Positions 39,834-50,771 of a stretch of 64,000 bases of DNA are shown one piece after another (the stretch's first letter is position 1; each line of letters starts with the position of its first letter). The DNA lies in the IMG/VR virus record IMGVR_UViG_3300032167_003270, positions 96,001 through 160,000 of that record; one strand, written 5' to 3'. The notes beneath the pieces are model-generated. The model saw only the letters and a program-made list of their open reading frames with translations. It was not told where the DNA came from and searched no databases. This DNA is from a virus. Taxonomy: Duplodnaviria; Caudoviricetes. The translations under genes and the position numbers were made by a program.

Positions 39834-40181
39834 TTATTCTAACATTGTATCGACTTCATCTTCGATTATATTAAGAGCATCTTCTCCAACATTCTGTGCT
39901 CTCTGACCAAGTGATTCATAATTAACAGCAAGATAAATTAAACCTAAAATAATAAGTAAGAATAATACCTTACCGATAATCTTCCAAATAGAAGAATTAC
40001 CTTGACCTTTAGAAAATTCAACACCATCTTTTACTAATGATACAATAATGAAGATTGCAATGATACCACCACCGATACCTGCTACCCAACCAACAATACC
40101 ACTAATAAAATTACCCTCATCTTCTGCAAAAGCCATTAAGAAAGGTAGATAGGTCATCAATTTTGCTAATAATAACTCCAT
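39834..40181 (-). CDS. putative VirB2/pilin-like two-helix membrane protein
   Basis: leader ending AFA, two hydrophobic helices with Gly-rich first helix. Confidence 0.5.
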   Translation of the reverse strand: MELLLAKLMTYLPFLMAFAEDEGNFISGIVGWVAGIGGGIIAIFIIVSLVKDGVEFSKGQGNSSIWKIIGKVLFLLIILGLIYLAVNYESLGQRAQNVGEDALNIIEDEVDTMLE

Positions 40182-40196
40182 AGTGATTTCCTCCTT

Positions 40197-40781
40197 TTAA
40201 AATTTATTATACATATAAGCAAAAACCAATTCCATAGTTGAATTATCAAATCTACTGATTTTATACTTATTCATACGCAAATCATCAATTACATCTTTTG
40301 CTAATTGGTCCATAATTGGATTAAATTCAGCAGTTGATGTTGTTGTTTCAACCGTAGATTTATTTTCAACTAATGTTCTAGGTTTTCTAGGTTTACGAGA
40401 TTTTTTAATCTCTTTCTTATTATTAAATAGCACTTCATTTGAAGAATTATCTTCAATTTCAGAAGAATTATCTTCAATTTCATCTGAAATTTTTGATTCT
40501 GAAGGAACATTTTCTTCAATTTCAGTAGTATTTGTATCTAAAATATTAGGATTAGATAAAATAATTCCATCATCTTCTTCTGAAACATCTTCTGAAACAT
40601 CTTCTTCAATATCTTCTAAAGTAATCTCTGTTGCTTTAAATAATGCTGATTTTGATGCGTCTGACATTCCTTCTAAAAATTCTTCTTCATTTGTAGCAGA
40701 GTCCATCTGTTCTTCTAATGAATAATTAGATTGCTCTTGCATATTACTATTATATAAGCGTTCTAAAGCATCATTTGCCAT
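40197..40781 (-). CDS. acidic hypothetical protein
   Basis: 194-aa ORF with internal EIEDNSS repeat. Confidence 0.75.
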   Translation of the reverse strand: MANDALERLYNSNMQEQSNYSLEEQMDSATNEEEFLEGMSDASKSALFKATEITLEDIEEDVSEDVSEEDDGIILSNPNILDTNTTEIEENVPSESKISDEIEDNSSEIEDNSSNEVLFNNKKEIKKSRKPRKPRTLVENKSTVETTTSTAEFNPIMDQLAKDVIDDLRMNKYKISRFDNSTMELVFAYMYNKF

Positions 40782-40794
40782 ACTAATTTACCCC

Positions 40795-41286
40795 CTAAAG
40801 TTTAATTTTTGGCTTTATTAAATTTGAATAAGTCGCAGGTTTAGGAGTGGATTTATTTTCAGTTTTATTATTTGTACTGATAGGTTTAATGTTAGATGGA
40901 GTAGGTTTAATTACAATATCTTCATCTGGCATTTCCATACTTTCTCCATTTATTGTACTCATTCTACTTAACATAGCAAAACTTTCAGATTGAGATACAT
41001 CTGGAATTTCCATTAAAGACATTTGCATCTTTAATTGAGTTAATTCTGTTTGTATTTTTGTCAATCTTTCTTTTGTTTCGTGTACTTCTTCACTTAACTT
41101 TTTATTTTCCTTTGTAAGATTAGATACATCTGATTCAAATTGAATTACGACTTTATCTACATCTTCTGGATAATATCCATAAGGACTAGAAACTCTAAAA
41201 TTATGTCTTTTTGCAACTTCAGGTAATTCATTTTCAAATTTTTTGGCTAATTTTTGTGGAGAACGCTTTGTTTTCTCTTTTGCCAT
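40795..41286 (-). CDS. DivIVA-domain coiled-coil protein
   Basis: FRVSSPYGYYPEDVDKV (cf. F....RGY...EVD.F) followed by coiled coil. Confidence 0.7.
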   Translation of the reverse strand: MAKEKTKRSPQKLAKKFENELPEVAKRHNFRVSSPYGYYPEDVDKVVIQFESDVSNLTKENKKLSEEVHETKERLTKIQTELTQLKMQMSLMEIPDVSQSESFAMLSRMSTINGESMEMPDEDIVIKPTPSNIKPISTNNKTENKSTPKPATYSNLIKPKIKL

Positions 41287-41288
41287 AA

Positions 41289-41630
41289 CTAAATTACCTC
41301 CACATAATCTTGTAAATCTTTATCATATCTAATTCTAACAATTTTATCTGCTCTAATAATTTTATTATAGACAATCTTATTACTTGTAGTAGTATATTGT
41401 TCAGAATCTAATGAACCATAAATTCTAATCATTGAATTTGGTTGCAAAATACTTTCCATATACTCGTCTACTTGGTGTGGAAAGATAACACGAATATAAG
41501 TAAATCTATTCTTCTTCGTGTTATCCACACAAGTATATTGTCCAGTTATAGCAGAAATGTTAAAATTAGCAATTTCGTCAAAAAGTTTTACATCTTTCTG
41601 AACGCAACCATCAATTTTAATCTCATTCAT
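41289..41630 (-). CDS. divergent SSB-like OB-fold protein
   Basis: MNEIKIDGCVQKD, ANFNIS, IYGSLDSEQY, IIRADKI; no acidic tail. Confidence 0.65.
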   Translation of the reverse strand: MNEIKIDGCVQKDVKLFDEIANFNISAITGQYTCVDNTKKNRFTYIRVIFPHQVDEYMESILQPNSMIRIYGSLDSEQYTTTSNKIVYNKIIRADKIVRIRYDKDLQDYVEVI

Positions 41631-41648
41631 TATAACTTTCCCTCCTTA

Positions 41649-43100
41649 CTAAATTCTAGTAATATCTTCTAATGAGTCTGTAATTTCACTATTTTGGTCA
41701 ATTAATTCCCATTGTTGATACCATTGTACCTGTGAAATAATATCATCAATATTGCCAAATGCAGCAATAACAGGTGCGAATTTAACAATATTCTGAACAA
41801 CTAAATCATTAATTGTCTGATTATCATATACTCTAGTAAGAACTACATTTGTTCTGCTTAATATATCATCTCCAGGTCTGAATACATTATTAATTCTCTG
41901 TCCAGATAATGTTTTAAATTGTTTAATAACAGATTTAACTGAATTGATAGAAGGATTACAAGTTATAATAATCTTATCTGCAATCTTATATAACTGACTA
42001 ATAGGTGGCTTACCTAAATAATCAATACCACTATCAAAGAATACTACATCATAATTTGTAATAAGTAACTTAAATACATCTGTCCAAAATTCATTGTCAT
42101 TAGTAATCGTAGGAATATCCTGTGATGGTGCTAAATAAAAATCAATATTTGGACTAAAATGGTCAGATTTTACTTTACAGTTATCTAAATGTGCAAAATC
42201 ATTATGTCCTGCTTTTGCTACTTTATAGAAATCTTGCATTGTTGGTGTTAATTTATTGATTGTAATACCAATCTGACCGTCAATAATATCAAAGTCTGCT
42301 AATGCAATTCTTTCAGTTGGATGTGTTTTTGCATACCAATATGCACTAATTAAACAAGTAAATGTTTTACCAGTACCACCTTTTGAACTACCAAATAAGA
42401 TAACTTTTGCAGGTGCTGCTTTTCTATTTGCTTGTGGTGTGATTGAATCATAATCATCAAACTGTAACATATTAGACATATTAGTTGTAATAATATTTTT
42501 AGTTGCATTATTATTACCACCACTACCTGCTAATTTTACTCCACCAACAATAGGCTGATTTACTTGTGGTGCATATTCATTTTGTACCATCTGTGGTTGC
42601 TGTACCATTGGCTGTGCCATTGGTTGTTGTACCATTTGTTGTTGTGGTACTTGTGGTTGAATATATGTAGTTGTTTCTACTGTTTGCTGAATAGGTTGCT
42701 GTACAATAGGCTGTTCAACTACTTGTGGCTCAATAGTAGGTGTTACTACTGGCTGTGGTGTAGGTTCTACTAATGGTTGTGGAGTAGCAATTTCTTGAAC
42801 TGGCTCAACTTTAGGTTTTGCAGTTTCATAAACTACTACATTATCTTCCATAGCAAAATCTACATTAGGCTTATCATCAAAGCGATAATAGATTAAATTA
42901 ACCCCAGCTTCTTTATAAGCCTTTAAACCCTCATAAATAGGTTCGGTTAAATATGACACGTCATACCAAATACCCTCATCAATTTCAATTCCGTCATCAG
43001 AAGATGCTCTGTCCAAAAATTCTTCGGCAGACCAATTCTCAACTTGAAATCCATCAAGGTCTTTTGGTACTCGTGAATTATTACTAACTACTATAAACAT
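41649..43100 (-). CDS. ParA/MinD/CpaE-like ATPase with N-terminal domain and Q/P linker
   Basis: deviant Walker A SSKGGTGKT, LADFD, YDVVFFDS; GGAGG before ATG 43100. Confidence 0.85.
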   Translation of the reverse strand: MFIVVSNNSRVPKDLDGFQVENWSAEEFLDRASSDDGIEIDEGIWYDVSYLTEPIYEGLKAYKEAGVNLIYYRFDDKPNVDFAMEDNVVVYETAKPKVEPVQEIATPQPLVEPTPQPVVTPTIEPQVVEQPIVQQPIQQTVETTTYIQPQVPQQQMVQQPMAQPMVQQPQMVQNEYAPQVNQPIVGGVKLAGSGGNNNATKNIITTNMSNMLQFDDYDSITPQANRKAAPAKVILFGSSKGGTGKTFTCLISAYWYAKTHPTERIALADFDIIDGQIGITINKLTPTMQDFYKVAKAGHNDFAHLDNCKVKSDHFSPNIDFYLAPSQDIPTITNDNEFWTDVFKLLITNYDVVFFDSGIDYLGKPPISQLYKIADKIIITCNPSINSVKSVIKQFKTLSGQRINNVFRPGDDILSRTNVVLTRVYDNQTINDLVVQNIVKFAPVIAAFGNIDDIISQVQWYQQWELIDQNSEITDSLEDITRI

Positions 43101-43160
43101 AATTTTCCTCCTTGCATTTTTCACGCAGTATATTAAATTTTCATAATTTATACTATTATA

Positions 43161-43181
43161 TAAATAAATAGCACTTAATTT
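43161..43181 (-). promoter_or_regulatory. recurrent 21-bp motif
   Basis: AAATTAAG-TG-CTATTTATTTA upstream of ParA-like gene. Confidence 0.6.
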
Positions 43182-43186
43182 TTAAA

Positions 43187-45997
43187 TTAGAATGAGTTTT
43201 TAACTTTTTGTATAGTGTGTTTTGTATCACTAATAAATCTTCTAGCGTCTTGTAAATTGAAACCTAATAATACTAAACATAATAAAATATATATTATAGC
43301 CATAAAAACTCCTTTATCTACAAATATTAAATAGAATAAAACCATAATATTCTGTTTAATACACGCTGTAAAATAATTAAATAAAGATTTTACAAATGAA
43401 TCTCCTAATTGTTTAACATTATCACTAGGCTTAAACAATTCTAATAATGTATACCACATTATTTGAAGTGGTAATATAATTAACATTATAAAATTCTTAT
43501 ATTTTGCAATAATTATTGGAATAAAGAATATTAATAATAATGTATTAAATAACATTACCATTCCTTGACCCATAAAATGTGTCTTTAATTTGTGAGCACC
43601 AACATAATTATAGGATATAGAACCATCTGGGAAAAATTGTGGTGATATATCCATTTGTGCATCTACAACTCTAAATGTATCTGCCATTAAAGAACTATCA
43701 TACGCTGTTGTATTTGCATTTGGAAATGTCACAGATAATTCGTCAATTATAACACTTGGGTCTTCTATATCTCCAACTATATTCTTTGCAGTATCAGAAT
43801 TTAGTGAAGAATCTATATGATATTTACTACCACAAGAATATAAATAAGCTGCCCAATTTCGTACATATTTTCCACCACCAACATAAACATATACATCTCC
43901 AATAGTTTCAGCACTATTATATACAGGTGTATTTGTTGCGTCACCAGGGTCAGGTGTTGTATTACTTTGTGGCATTACAGAACGCTTATCACTATCATCA
44001 TAATCACTTAAAATTGCATAATGTGTATACAATTCTTCATAATTCAAACCATCAAATTGTCCTCTACACCAGGGATTAAATATACCATTTTTCCATAAAA
44101 CTGCTGATACTATATAATCTGGGTCAGATACAGAAATAACCTCGTCATTTTGAATTGTTTTACTATCAGCTAAAGCAGTATTGAAAAATCCATTAACAAT
44201 AGTTACCATTTTAAACATAGCGTCATTTGTTCTTGACGGATTATATGTACTTGCTAATAAAAAGCCCATACACATAAAACCAATTAGAAATCTTTCTATT
44301 GCTTCTCTTGCAGAGCCACTACCTTTTGCATAATTAACTGCTGCCTTAACTAATGATATAATAAAACAAATTGTTGCAAATCCTATAAATAACCATATTA
44401 CAGGAATCATTATATTTTGCCAATGTTCTGACTCTTCTAATGTAGTAATTGCATCTTTAAAATATTCTAATAATTTATCGCCTAATAATAAGGCTATTGT
44501 AGAATTAAAGAATTTTGCAATTCCCATTTCAAATGTACCAACTACATAACCATAACCATTAAAGAAACTTGTACCAGTTAATGTAACTCTAGGGTCACGA
44601 TAACCATTATCTAAATCATTTCCAGTTAATACTTTTGGTCTATTTTGATATACATTACAAGATAAATATACTGGTGCTTCATAATCAATAGTATCAAATA
44701 CATTATCTAATAATTCATCAGTTTTATTTTGGTCAACTGCACACCATATATGGTCTAATAATTCAGGTACATAAGTTTTTTCTCCCATATACCTATACCA
44801 ATGTAAATCATCTCCATATAATTCATATAAACTATATTGAGTTGTATTAGGGTCACTTTCTCCAATTAGTTCATATAATAAACCCCTATAAACTAATGTA
44901 TTTTTATAATCTAAATTAGAAATTTCACTAGGGTCAACTACATCAGATGTATCTCCATCTTCTCTTTCAGAAAAATCTTTTTTAGTTTCAAAATCAATTA
45001 TAAATCCCTCATTTGTTGGATAATGTAAAGATGAACTTGCATAAGATTGTATAATACCCCTATCATATATCCCTGTGTGCATTTTAGATGGAGTTAATCC
45101 AGCACCAGAAACAACTTTTGAACCCCAAGATGAATCCCATTTTTTACCTTTTAATATTTCATAAAAATCATTAGCATAATTAACTCTTATAGTTCTATCA
45201 CTATCTTTCATACCACCATTTACATAATTTTCTATCCACCATTCAGTACATTCTTCAATAGACATATCTGCTGTTTGTTCAACATATGATGCCCATAAAG
45301 AAGAACGAGTATCGCCACCATTTTCTGTTGGTGTAAGCATCCAAGTAAATTGGTTTTCCATTACCCACCAATCACAATTATTAAAAATACAAAAAGCTAA
45401 TAATATTCTACCTCTCTCGCCTGTAAATTGTGATAATCCCATACCACAAAAACCAATACCATTACAAAAATAACCAGCCTCGTCTAAACCATTACTTGTA
45501 ACATCTCTTCCTTGTCTAGCATTTCTAATAGTATCTTCACTACTACAATTTGGATATGTACCCTCATTATCATATACTTGTAAACATTCTAATGTAAAAG
45601 CGTCAGTATCTTGAACATATGCCCTACTTACTGTTTCAATATAATCTTCAATATCGGCATAATTACTTGACCCATAACCATAGTGTGCTTCTATTGGTTC
45701 TGGATGACATTGACCCTCTGGATAAAAACAACCTAAAATAGCACACGCTTGATTATCAGTCATACCTAAAGATTTACATATACTCCAAATTTGATATACA
45801 CATAATGCTGTATAATTTCCATCAAAATCACTATCCAAATAATCTAATTCAGCAGTTTCTTTACCTGTAAATTCAAAAGGTAATGAGTTGGCTTTAGCAA
45901 CCAAGCAAGAAGATGCAAGGTTGCTAAAAATACCTATAATAAATGTAAACACTAATAAAAAACTGATACATTTATTTTTAAATGCTTTATGTTTCAT
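43187..45997 (-). CDS. phage-tail-lysozyme-like domain fused to VirB6-like polytopic membrane protein
   Basis: GMTDNQACAILG...E, GMGLSQFTGER, RVNYANDFY; multiple C-terminal TM helices. Confidence 0.65.
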   Translation of the reverse strand: MKHKAFKNKCISFLLVFTFIIGIFSNLASSCLVAKANSLPFEFTGKETAELDYLDSDFDGNYTALCVYQIWSICKSLGMTDNQACAILGCFYPEGQCHPEPIEAHYGYGSSNYADIEDYIETVSRAYVQDTDAFTLECLQVYDNEGTYPNCSSEDTIRNARQGRDVTSNGLDEAGYFCNGIGFCGMGLSQFTGERGRILLAFCIFNNCDWWVMENQFTWMLTPTENGGDTRSSLWASYVEQTADMSIEECTEWWIENYVNGGMKDSDRTIRVNYANDFYEILKGKKWDSSWGSKVVSGAGLTPSKMHTGIYDRGIIQSYASSSLHYPTNEGFIIDFETKKDFSEREDGDTSDVVDPSEISNLDYKNTLVYRGLLYELIGESDPNTTQYSLYELYGDDLHWYRYMGEKTYVPELLDHIWCAVDQNKTDELLDNVFDTIDYEAPVYLSCNVYQNRPKVLTGNDLDNGYRDPRVTLTGTSFFNGYGYVVGTFEMGIAKFFNSTIALLLGDKLLEYFKDAITTLEESEHWQNIMIPVIWLFIGFATICFIISLVKAAVNYAKGSGSAREAIERFLIGFMCMGFLLASTYNPSRTNDAMFKMVTIVNGFFNTALADSKTIQNDEVISVSDPDYIVSAVLWKNGIFNPWCRGQFDGLNYEELYTHYAILSDYDDSDKRSVMPQSNTTPDPGDATNTPVYNSAETIGDVYVYVGGGKYVRNWAAYLYSCGSKYHIDSSLNSDTAKNIVGDIEDPSVIIDELSVTFPNANTTAYDSSLMADTFRVVDAQMDISPQFFPDGSISYNYVGAHKLKTHFMGQGMVMLFNTLLLIFFIPIIIAKYKNFIMLIILPLQIMWYTLLELFKPSDNVKQLGDSFVKSLFNYFTACIKQNIMVLFYLIFVDKGVFMAIIYILLCLVLLGFNLQDARRFISDTKHTIQKVKNSF

Positions 45998-48900
45998 TTA
46001 CGCATCTTCCCCCTTGTCACTAGATTTTTGTTCAGAACTTTGTTGTTCAGAACCAATTTTTGAATTGTTAAATTTTTCATTATTTGAATTATTATTTTGT
46101 TTATCATTTTCATCGTTTCTGAATTTATCATAACGCTTCATATTTTTAGGTTTATGTGCGTTTTGATAATCTTCACGAATTTTCTTAAATCTCTCATCAG
46201 TTTCCATAGTTCTTAATGCTGCTAATTCTTCTGGAGCATTTAATCTACCCTCATATTCTCTAAATTTGGCTTGTCTATACCAACTCTCATACATACTACT
46301 ATGAGATGGATTGCTAGTATTGAATCTAATATCCATAGTACCATTTTTATCAAATAATACTTTAGTTTTACCCTCAAAATCAGCAACGGATTCATCCTCA
46401 TTTAAAGTAATTCCACTATCTTCAAAATCTTGTTGGAATTTATTATTCAATTTTTCAGATTCAATATTTCTATTATGTTGTTTCATATTAAGTAATAGAT
46501 ATAACCAACCTAATGTTTTAGGGTACATTAAACCACGATTTAAGTTATGCCACCATCTAATCGCAAAGAAAGTAACTATAAATAAACAAATAAGTACAAC
46601 AATACCTACTAATCCTTCCATTCTCATACCAACATCCATAATTAAACCAGAATACATACCGATTACAATTAAACATAATGTTGGAGAGAAAGTTTCAGTT
46701 AGGATTTGACCCCAAGTTTTCTTTTCTGGACCTTTACCTAATATAACTTTAAATATAAAGATATAGAACATAAACCATTGCCATAAAAATGTCATAAATT
46801 TAATAAAAGATAATAAACAAATTAAGCAACAATTTAATAATTTAACAATTAAATCTACAAAACCACCTTGAAAATATCCATTATAATTTTCATTTTCGGT
46901 TACAGATAATGATAAAGTTCCATCTCCATTATCAGTTAAATTAACTCTAGGTGCTAAAAAGTGGTCAACAACTCTATAAGCATTATTATTTATTGAATTA
47001 CCATTATAATTATGTGGTGTACCAGTTTCATCTTTTTCTATAACAGAATTAACCATTGATTTAGATTCTCCATAGAAAGCAAATGAGTCAGCCAATAAAA
47101 CACTATAATGTCTTACATTATTAGAACCTATTTTAATAGGATTTTTATTTTCTTCATCATAGTAATCAACTAATTCTGGTGGACATTCTCCGTCATCACC
47201 TGGTTGCCACATTAACTGTTCTGGTTCATCAAGACCATAACCTGTATTAAATTTAGACCAAGTATCTAAATAAGGTAAATAATACATTACAGTTATATCT
47301 TTTGTATCTCCAAATAAATATTCTTTATTTGGGTCATTAAATTGTGGAGATAATCTTTCTCCTAATGTAATTAAAAATGTATCTGTCTTTTTAACTGTTC
47401 CCCAAACTTTTTCTGGATTTACAGCCATAGCAGTTATAAAACCTAACTCTAAAACTAAAATTATAAATGCTATTACAATTCTAGTTAAGTTTGCTTTTTC
47501 AGTTCCCATTTTAATTATTGCTGATATAGTTTTAATTATGAAGAATAATGCTAACATTCCTGTTAATAATGCTACATATCCATTATCCCATAATGTTGTT
47601 GGAGATAATCCCCAATCATCAAATTTATCAAAACTCATCAACTGTTGCATAAATATAGAAAGTTCTGTTACTTTTCCAGCAATACTTATTATAGTTTTCT
47701 GTGGTTTCATAAATACTTCAAAACCAAATATCAATTCAAAATCTGAAATTAAACCACCAATAATATGTGATTTATAGATTTCAACTCTAGGGTCTTTTAC
47801 TGAATAATTTTCAGCGTCAGCAGTAGTCATAGCATCTGTATCATAAGGCATTATTCTAGGGTCGTCTGATTGCATTGTCATAAGAGGACTAAAATCTCCT
47901 TCGGCAATAGCAGTCATACACATTAATTTAATCATATTACTTAATACGATTGAATAATATGGTCCACAATAAGATTGTAATTGATTTAATATCTTATATA
48001 CATCTGCCTCTTGTAATTCTACATATACTTTATTACCATTTTCATCATAATCCCATTTTAATGTATCTATTGATGTTGCTGATGTATAATATTTAGAATT
48101 ACCCCTAGTTATTTTATAGATACCACTATAAGCATAAACATTAGCCATTGTAATAGTAGTTTTACCATCTCCATATTTCTTTGACCAACATTCTCCGTCT
48201 TCTCCTTCATTTGGTATCATACATTGTTTATATAATAAATCTTCTCTTGATAGATTACTGTCGTCATCTCCACCTTTTTCCATTTTTGTTTTAAATTCAG
48301 CATATCTTGCCATAGTATCTTCGTTTGCTACATAGTTATTATAAATAGCATTTTCTTCGGTAGTAACAAAGTCATTATATTTCCATTCAACTAAACTACT
48401 ACCAACACTTGCGTCTTTATAAAAAGACAACAAGCCACTTGGAGATGTCCAATCAGTATTTGATACCCCATAAATATAAACCTTTTTAACATTTCCATAA
48501 CTATCAGTAGAAATATAACCATTTGCTAAAGCACCATATACATTAATTTCTACTATTTTCTTATCATTTGAATCTACCTCTCCATCCTCATTTTCGTCCT
48601 CGTCACTTTGAATTTCTACTGAACAACATAAATTACCAAAACAATTTTTTGCATAATGACAAGCATTAGCAAAAAGTGAATAATTATCTTCGTTTACAGT
48701 AAAACAACTATCACTATATGAGGTAATTCCTGCAAGTGGTGAATCCAATAAAGGATTTTCAAGATAATAAATAGAAGTTAATATAAATACTTGTTTTTTA
48801 TTATTATTTGCCCAAGTAATAAAAGCGTCTTTATATTTAGTTTGTGATATTAAATGTTGTGTTACATTTTTACCGTCATACAACTCATTTAATTCATAAT

Positions 48901-49894
48901 CCCATAAAATTACATCAGCACTTTCAACTTTATTATCAATATCATAAGCACCATTTTGATTAAATGTAGAATACCACATACCATTTGCTTGTGGTTTTTC
49001 ACTAGCATTTTTATTATCATTAAAAATGTTATAAACTGCAATTTTATTATAAGCAATTTCATAATCTTCTTGATACATTAGATTATAAGCGTCAGCCTCA
49101 CGATTTTGGTCTTCTGTAACAGTTAAAGCAATTACATCTTCTGGACCTGTAAAATAATCTGTATCTCCATTAGCACAGTCACCAGTAGCAATTTGTGCCT
49201 CAAAATAAGGTAAATAATATTTTTGGAAAAATTCAACTACATATTGATTTTTGTCTTCATATCCGTGATTCATATAAGTAATTGTATTAAAATTATCGGC
49301 ATCAGGTGCTTTCAAAAATGAAATACCTACAATAGATTTAATAAATCTCCATACTGAATCCCAAAATGATGTAGGAACTACACCAGCAACAGACATTACT
49401 TCTTTTGGATATTCCCCCATATATATAGGACTATCAATAGCAAAACCATATTTAGTAATCGCTGTTTGTGGTAATGGTGTTGTTGAATTATTTGCAAAAC
49501 CAACATCAACTAACCATTCCATATCATTTACGTCATAAGTTTGGTCTTGATAACCGTCACTAATTGTTCCTGTAACTTTATTTTTTACAAGTGTTTGTAA
49601 ATTAGGTGTATTGAAATAATATCTATATTCAGCGTCATCTCCACTACCTATTTTCTTTATTACGGTATATGTTTTAAAATTTTTAATCCACGCTAAAATA
49701 TCAGGAACATCTCCTAAAGAAAAATCAAATAATTCACTAACATCTTCTCCGTCTACAATATAATATGTGACATTATCCCCTTCGTCTTCATCATCTTTAA
49801 CATAATCATCTGCAAAAGCTGTTGTAAATGAAGATAATATAATCAACACACATAAACACAACGCAAGAAATTGTTTCAACCATTGTCTAAACAT
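45998..49894 (-). CDS. large secreted/polytopic membrane protein, VirB6-like
   Basis: signal peptide AFA, large extracellular region, TM clusters; shares DPRV and RVVD motifs with 43187..45997. Confidence 0.6.
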   Translation of the reverse strand: MFRQWLKQFLALCLCVLIILSSFTTAFADDYVKDDEDEGDNVTYYIVDGEDVSELFDFSLGDVPDILAWIKNFKTYTVIKKIGSGDDAEYRYYFNTPNLQTLVKNKVTGTISDGYQDQTYDVNDMEWLVDVGFANNSTTPLPQTAITKYGFAIDSPIYMGEYPKEVMSVAGVVPTSFWDSVWRFIKSIVGISFLKAPDADNFNTITYMNHGYEDKNQYVVEFFQKYYLPYFEAQIATGDCANGDTDYFTGPEDVIALTVTEDQNREADAYNLMYQEDYEIAYNKIAVYNIFNDNKNASEKPQANGMWYSTFNQNGAYDIDNKVESADVILWDYELNELYDGKNVTQHLISQTKYKDAFITWANNNKKQVFILTSIYYLENPLLDSPLAGITSYSDSCFTVNEDNYSLFANACHYAKNCFGNLCCSVEIQSDEDENEDGEVDSNDKKIVEINVYGALANGYISTDSYGNVKKVYIYGVSNTDWTSPSGLLSFYKDASVGSSLVEWKYNDFVTTEENAIYNNYVANEDTMARYAEFKTKMEKGGDDDSNLSREDLLYKQCMIPNEGEDGECWSKKYGDGKTTITMANVYAYSGIYKITRGNSKYYTSATSIDTLKWDYDENGNKVYVELQEADVYKILNQLQSYCGPYYSIVLSNMIKLMCMTAIAEGDFSPLMTMQSDDPRIMPYDTDAMTTADAENYSVKDPRVEIYKSHIIGGLISDFELIFGFEVFMKPQKTIISIAGKVTELSIFMQQLMSFDKFDDWGLSPTTLWDNGYVALLTGMLALFFIIKTISAIIKMGTEKANLTRIVIAFIILVLELGFITAMAVNPEKVWGTVKKTDTFLITLGERLSPQFNDPNKEYLFGDTKDITVMYYLPYLDTWSKFNTGYGLDEPEQLMWQPGDDGECPPELVDYYDEENKNPIKIGSNNVRHYSVLLADSFAFYGESKSMVNSVIEKDETGTPHNYNGNSINNNAYRVVDHFLAPRVNLTDNGDGTLSLSVTENENYNGYFQGGFVDLIVKLLNCCLICLLSFIKFMTFLWQWFMFYIFIFKVILGKGPEKKTWGQILTETFSPTLCLIVIGMYSGLIMDVGMRMEGLVGIVVLICLFIVTFFAIRWWHNLNRGLMYPKTLGWLYLLLNMKQHNRNIESEKLNNKFQQDFEDSGITLNEDESVADFEGKTKVLFDKNGTMDIRFNTSNPSHSSMYESWYRQAKFREYEGRLNAPEELAALRTMETDERFKKIREDYQNAHKPKNMKRYDKFRNDENDKQNNNSNNEKFNNSKIGSEQQSSEQKSSDKGEDA

Positions 49895-49918
49895 TTTATA
49901 TTATCTCCTTTCTTTAAT

Positions 49919-50335
49919 TTAAACATCTGATGTATAGGCTTCAATTACGTCAAATTCATCAAAACCATTTGTTGATTTCCAGTCGTGTTTCCACTTTTTA
50001 TATTCGGTATTTACTACATTAAAACCCAAAGTTGGTAAACACTTTTCTGCAATATTAGATTTCTTATGATGTTCTTTATAGTAGATATACTTAACAGCAT
50101 TTCCACTCCAAAAATTAACACACCAAGATAATAATTGCATTAAATCTTTCTTTGAAGTGATAAACATATACTCAATTATAACAACTTCTTTATTATTAAT
50201 TGTTACAATTCTAAATGATATAAATGACTTATCACGATATACAGTATAACCACTTAAATTTATATTTCTGTGATAGTTAATACCATTTTCTGAATTAATC
50301 ATTTTTTGTAATTCAATTTTTTGTAATCCATCCAT
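49919..50335 (-). CDS. hypothetical protein
   Basis: 138-aa ORF, GGAGG RBS. Confidence 0.75.
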   Translation of the reverse strand: MDGLQKIELQKMINSENGINYHRNINLSGYTVYRDKSFISFRIVTINNKEVVIIEYMFITSKKDLMQLLSWCVNFWSGNAVKYIYYKEHHKKSNIAEKCLPTLGFNVVNTEYKKWKHDWKSTNGFDEFDVIEAYTSDV

Positions 50336-50351
50336 TGTATAAATTTCCTCC

Positions 50352-50768
50352 TTAAATTTCTATTAGATTGTCCATATCCAATGTATTCCAATTATATTCT
50401 ACAAACTCCTTAAAATCATCATATATATAAGTAAATTCTAATAAAGATGTATATTCAAATATATTAATTGTTCTTAAAGTTTTTATAAGGTCTTTTATTT
50501 CTTCTAATGAAAAAATATCATTAAAAAATCGCTGCTGATAATCATAGAATATCTCTGCAGCGATATAGGTAAAACCCTCTAAATCGTCATCCGATTCAGT
50601 ATATAAAACAAAACAATCTTGGTGTTTAATTTGAGTTCGTAAACCAACTTTATATTTAATTTTCTTTATTATAAATCCATCATTATATGTGATAGGAAAT
50701 TCTTCTGCAATCGGTTTACATCTGTCCAGACAATAATAGTTAAATTCTTGATGTTGTCTAGTCAGCAT
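50352..50768 (-). CDS. hypothetical protein
   Basis: 138-aa ORF in operon. Confidence 0.7.
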   Translation of the reverse strand: MLTRQHQEFNYYCLDRCKPIAEEFPITYNDGFIIKKIKYKVGLRTQIKHQDCFVLYTESDDDLEGFTYIAAEIFYDYQQRFFNDIFSLEEIKDLIKTLRTINIFEYTSLLEFTYIYDDFKEFVEYNWNTLDMDNLIEI

Positions 50769-50771
50769 AAT

